DNA of 62,786 nucleotides, filler included, from Folioceros fuciformis (lineage: Eukaryota): NCBI GenBank assembly GCA_049999805.1. It is 12 parts of 12 records of this genome, joined end to end, with 100 filler letters (N's around TTAATTAATTAA, not from the genome) between each part and the next. Parts side by side here need not be neighbours in the genome. Positions count along the whole stretch, not along the records: positions 57,594 to 62,786 come from JBNGIO010001629.1; 11 more parts are not named here. The stretch is one strand, 5' to 3'. The notes under the pieces are model-generated. The model saw only the letters and a program-made list of their open reading frames with translations, ran no database searches and was not told where the DNA came from. Positions 58,122-62,786 of the stretch are shown here, piece after piece. The translations under genes were made by a program, and so were the position numbers. Each line of letters opens with the position of its first letter. The first letter of the stretch is position 1.

Positions 58122-61100
58122 TGTGTGGAGTGATTTCTTGCACCCAAGAACCACCAAAGGACCACACTTTCCTTTATTATTGTCGCAATCTTATGATTCG
58201 CTCCCAAGGGAGTGAACTAGCGTAAAGGAACACCTACGACTGTCTACTCACACTTCTACCTATCAGCCGGTCCCTAGACCTGACCACACACACCAGCAAA
58301 AAGGCCAGAATCCTAGCCTATCTTCAAATCAACCCACAAAACTCACAATCTAGCTCTTCAGCCCTTCAGCTCTTCATGATTCCCACTTCAGTCCTCCCTT
58401 CTCCACTTCAATCATTCACCCTTCACTTTAGTACATACTCCTGCACCTCAGCAACTCACTCTTCACTTCACTGCACTTCACTCTAGCTCTCCCTCTCTTT
58501 GCTTCAACTATCCCCGGAAATTGGGACACAACTGCCTCACTCCTTATAGTCTTCAAGCATGGTGTGGATACTAAGACTGGATAGCCCTCCTGGCTCACGG
58601 TCCTGTCACTTCACTTCAGCCAACCTACAAAACATTCAGCCAACCTACAAAACATTCAGCCCTTGCGGATCCGGCCACATAGATCTTGGCAGTCTTGGGA
58701 TCCTCCACATTCCCCTAGTGGCAAGGAGAATCAAGACCTCGGTTCAGTCTTACACCGGCTCAGCACCCTAGGCCGGGAAATCTGCACACAAGGTCAAGGG
58801 AAATTGCACAGTAGATCCCCCCTTTCAATGGCAAGTCTTCCCTCTTATACTGCCTAACCCTCCATCTCTGTCTATTAGGGGTAATCTAAATCAACTTCCT
58901 AACCACCTCTGTTTGCCCTAAACTATCCTCCACCCGATTCTGACCTAACTCTGACCTAGGTATGACCTAACCTAGCCCAATCTAGGTCTGACCTAACTCG
59001 GAGCTGACCTAAACCTAACCTAAGTCTAACCTAGACCTAACCTAAGTCTAACCCATACCTAGACCTAACCTAAGTCTAACCCATACCTAAACCTAACCTA
59101 GATCTAACCTAGACCTAAACCTAACCTAGGTCTGACCTAGACCTAACCTAACCTAACTAGGCTAGGCTAAACCTAATCAGACCTAGACCTAACTTAACCT
59201 AACTAGGCTAGGCTAAACCTAATCAGACCTAGACCTAATACCAACCAAGAAACCTAACTCTAGCCTACCCCTCTTCTAATTGCCCGTTACCCCTTGTCAC
59301 GGTGAGCTGCCCTCTATCCAAAATTATTAGCCCCTCCCATCTACCAAAAAGCAGGGGTGCTTCTTAACATCTCTCTCCTCTCCCGGATCAGATCATCTCC
59401 TCCCCTCTGATCATCCTGCCTTCTTCAGAGTCTTCCACCTTCGGGCCCTTCCCTCCATCCTGCTGATCACGGCTGGCCAAGACTCCTGTCCCGGCAACCT
59501 GTCCACCAAGCGCTCCTGAATAAGGGCCTTGCAAGTTGGACACTGGCAACGACATCCGCCATCCTGTCAACAGAACCACCACTAGGCTTCCCACCACTAG
59601 TAGCACACCTATGCTAGACCTTCGGCCTACAAGCAACTAGGTTGCTACTAATGGATGGAAAGCCGAGTGCCACTTATGTCCTTGGCTGGCCACAGTACAG
59701 GGGATGTACTACCCTTGCCTTCGATGCTTAGGTGGGGCAGTTCACACACCCCCCCCCCCCCCAACTCCATCTCCACACCCTAAGATGGCCTGACGATAGC
59801 CTACAACCAGTGCTTCAGGGTCATGTTGTCATCCTTAGAGTGTCCCGAGGGACACTCCCCTGTCTTCCCCCTGGGTAGTCACCTACTCGGCTGTTAGGCT
59901 TGCTGGCTTTCCGACCAGCCATCTGGCCAGTCTTTGGCTTCTAGATCCGGTCGAGACCCTTCTGTCCAGCCCGAACGAATGTCCATACAGAACCGCCGAT
60001 GGGGGGGAGCTAATCTGCACTACACCTGGTTTGACCGGGATTCGGAACAAGCCGCTCTCCTTGGTTTGCAGTGCCTAAGTGCGAGTCCGTCCATGCCTGG
60101 GTGCTCTCGAATTCGACAGCTTATCCTCAGCCACCGCCTGAATTCGGCCAGCACGCTGTGACTCCCCTCGCTTTGCTTCCAGCCAAACTGCTACTGTCCC
60201 AGCTGCTCGGTCTCCGGCTGATGGGTCCAGTTAGCTCGCCATAAACCTGTCCCAACCTCCCCCAACCTGGATTGGCTAAGTAGCAAGTCCGTAGCTTGTT
60301 TGTTGCATCCCTGGGCTGGGTTGGGTTGGGCTGTTGGTTAGTCTCCTCAGCATCCAGCCACCCTACCAGCTAGCCCTCAGTATCTTTGTTGGCGAACAGG
60401 CGGCGCAGGTTGATGACCGACAGCTCCGTGAAGCTCCCTACGGTGATGTCCCCGCTTGAGCTCGTAGGTAGGATGGAAACCGATAAGGCCCACAGCCCTC
60501 ATACTGCAGTTGTGGGTGGCAGCGATTCTGCGAGGGTCGTCCTCGAAGACCCCACACTTGCAAGGTGCCCGGTCCAGCTTCACAGCCATGGACAGAACCC
60601 GGTGCGTCATGGTTCCATCCCAACCCTCCATGGACACCACAGGCCTGAGATGCCGCCGAGACCCCATCCTAACAAGAAATGAGATCCGGCTAAGGCGATC
60701 GAGGGGTGGGGCCAACACGCACGGCCCCCCCAGCAGCCCCAGCGCCTCCAGAGACCACCCCGGTCCCGATCCAACTCTGGCCAACTCTGCTGGATCTTCT
60801 ATGGCTAGGCTCTTCGACCAGCCGCCACCAGCCAGGCTCCCTCCCGGCCCGGACTCCCTCCTGGTCTCATCCTCTTGCAGCCCCCATCAAACCGGCCACC
60901 TGCTCAACCAGCCTCCAGCACTTGCCCTGCCGATGGCGCCTGGCTTGCCAACCCATGGCCAGGTCTAGCAGCGTCCCCAACGGCCTGCCTGGCGCTGCCT
61001 CATCTACTCCGATCAGCTCCAGCAAGCCGGGTGACTTCCTACTATCGGCCCGATCTGGCCTCCGTCACTTGAGCTGATTCCCCGGTCCCTGGCTCCCTCC

Positions 61101-62786
61101 TCTGCCGTCCAGGCCGTCCATCGCCAGTCTAGCATGCCCCATGAAGTCTGTGCCGGTGCCTGGTCTGCCTCCTTAGCCAGTCGCCATCCGCCTGGAGCCA
61201 TCCCGGCACCAACCTAAGTCTGATCCATTCCTCCCAGTTTTTGCCTCAGCCAGGCCACCTCGTTCCACCAGCCACTTGGCCCCAACCCAACCAGATCCAG
61301 CAGCCTCGCCAGTTTTTGCTTAGCCAGGCACCAGTTGTCCATAGGGTCGGCCAGCCAGCACGCCACCAATCTGGCCTTCGGATCCGCCTCAGCCAGCTAG
61401 CCTACTTCCACCTGCTTGGCCGGTCTTCCGTTGGCTGGCTTCAGCCGGAACGCCCGCCCGGATCTGGACAGGCGGCTAGCCACCGGGCTGCCTACTGGGT
61501 CGTCCTCCCAGCCCAAATCCGTGCCCAACCTAGGTTCGGCCCCGCTTCGCCACTCCTGGCCCGGCCAGGCTCCTACTGCATGCCTTCTGCTCGGCCTGCT
61601 TGCACCAGCCCGTCCTGGCCTGGATCTGGCCATGCGGCCTGCTAGCAGCCAGGTTGCCTACCTGGCGGCTGCCTAATCCTCCCTCGGCTTGCCGGTTGCC
61701 TCGTTGCTTGGCTGGATCCACCTACTAGCCACACCACAGACCCTGCCGGAACCTCAGCCTGACCCCGAATGCATCCAGTTTGCCTGACCAATCTGTCCAC
61801 CTGGCTAATCGATCAGCCCGGCCAAACTGGCCCGCCGACTTGCTTTGGCCCAGCCCCTGGCCAGCTGATCACCACCAGTCGGCTCGGCTAGGCTCAGCCG
61901 AGGCCTGCCGACTTGGATCCAATGCCGCGGTCCAACCATATTGCCAAACCGCCATGGCCCGGTTCAGCCAGGTCGCTTCCTAGTTGATCTCATCCGATCT
62001 GCAAAGCCTACTCGGGCCTGGCTAACTCTCCCGGCCACCGGCTGGATACTCCTGCAACCTGCCTTTGCCAGCCTGTTTTCCGCCCCGGCCAGACTGCCTG
62101 TTTATTGCCAATCGGATCCCCTTGCCATCCCGACTGGCCCTGGGACGCTGCCCTGCTATTGACTGGCCGCTCTCCCTCATGGCAGTCAACCGCCTGTCGG
62201 GATCCATCCCAGCAGCAGGCCAGCCCGCCTCCCGCTGATCCCGGCCAGGTCCCCAACTCAAGTCTGGCCTGATTCTCCTGCTTGCCCTAGCCCGGGCTGG
62301 ACTGCTGGTTATCTTCCTACAGGGTCCCTGCCCATGCCAGCTCGTCTCAGCCGCTACCAACCCGGCTCCGGAGTCGGGCAACTAGCCGACCCCTACTGAC
62401 GCTGGCCACCTGCCCTGCAGCCTCCAGATCCAACTCGCCCTGCCTCGCTGATTGGATCTTGCACCACCCGCCTAGCCTGGACCCGGCTACTGCTGAGCAG
62501 CCGACCCTTGCTGAGCCAGCCTTGACCGGTCTCCTGTCTCGATCAATCGGGCTGCCCAGGCCACCAGCGAACTTGCCCAGCCAGCCCCGCTTGCCGAGCC
62601 TCCTCAGCAGCCCTCTCTTCTGCCTTCCGGCCCGGACTCAGCTTGGATGCTCTGCCTCCGACACCTCCAGGCTGCTAATTGGCTGGCAAGATCTGCCTCG
62701 GCCAGCCGTTAACAATGGGGCCACCCACCCTTCAGCTAATGGCGGCGCCCACCTACAGCTCGGCCACTTCGAGCTTGAACTCAGCC
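58122..62786 (-). mobile_element. LTR retroelement, minus orientation: probable 3' LTR (~58122-59369), PPT 59370-59384, GC-rich degenerate internal region to window end
   Basis: On the minus strand, the polypurine tract GGGAGAGGAGAGAGA is followed directly by TGTTAAG. The LTR contains a low-complexity AACCTAGACCT array (58940-59250). No RT or integrase motif was recognised in 3.4 kb of internal sequence. The distal LTR boundary is a guess. Confidence 0.6.

Overview
This window is eukaryotic land-plant nuclear DNA, not one continuous locus. It holds 12 short contigs joined by 11 identical artificial 100-nt spacers (N44-TTAATTAATTAA-N44), so adjacency across spacers has no biological meaning. 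Introns of roughly 60-290 bp, dense gene packing, embryophyte-type families and AAACCCT telo-boxes suggest a compact non-seed-plant genome such as a hornwort or lycophyte (inference only). Host genes reconstructed by hand from splice sites: RPN11 (complete, 6 exons), an LPEAT2-like acyltransferase (5' part), intronless INTS3, TAF2 (5' part), a two-exon ARM-repeat protein with a long disordered N-terminus, a plastid-targeted TPR protein, mitochondrial EF-Tu, a complete CYP85-clan P450 and an aldo-keto reductase (3' part). The rest is transposon debris: three Ty1/copia fragments, a CRE-like restriction-endonuclease non-LTR fragment, a trihelix/Myb pseudogene possibly from a PIF/Harbinger element, a foldback element enclosing an exon-intron fragment, LTRs and tandem repeats. 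The best novelty candidate is that all three separate copia elements carry extra coiled-coil-like coding sequence upstream of the Gag core, and two of the three include a CxxC motif. This may be an ORF0 or an N-terminally extended Gag. Other leads are a Pack-TIR-like capture, two GC-AG introns, a possible alternative-acceptor switch in the ARM gene and an ABRE cluster next to a candidate spliced non-coding transcript. No database searches were run; family assignments rest on recalled motifs.
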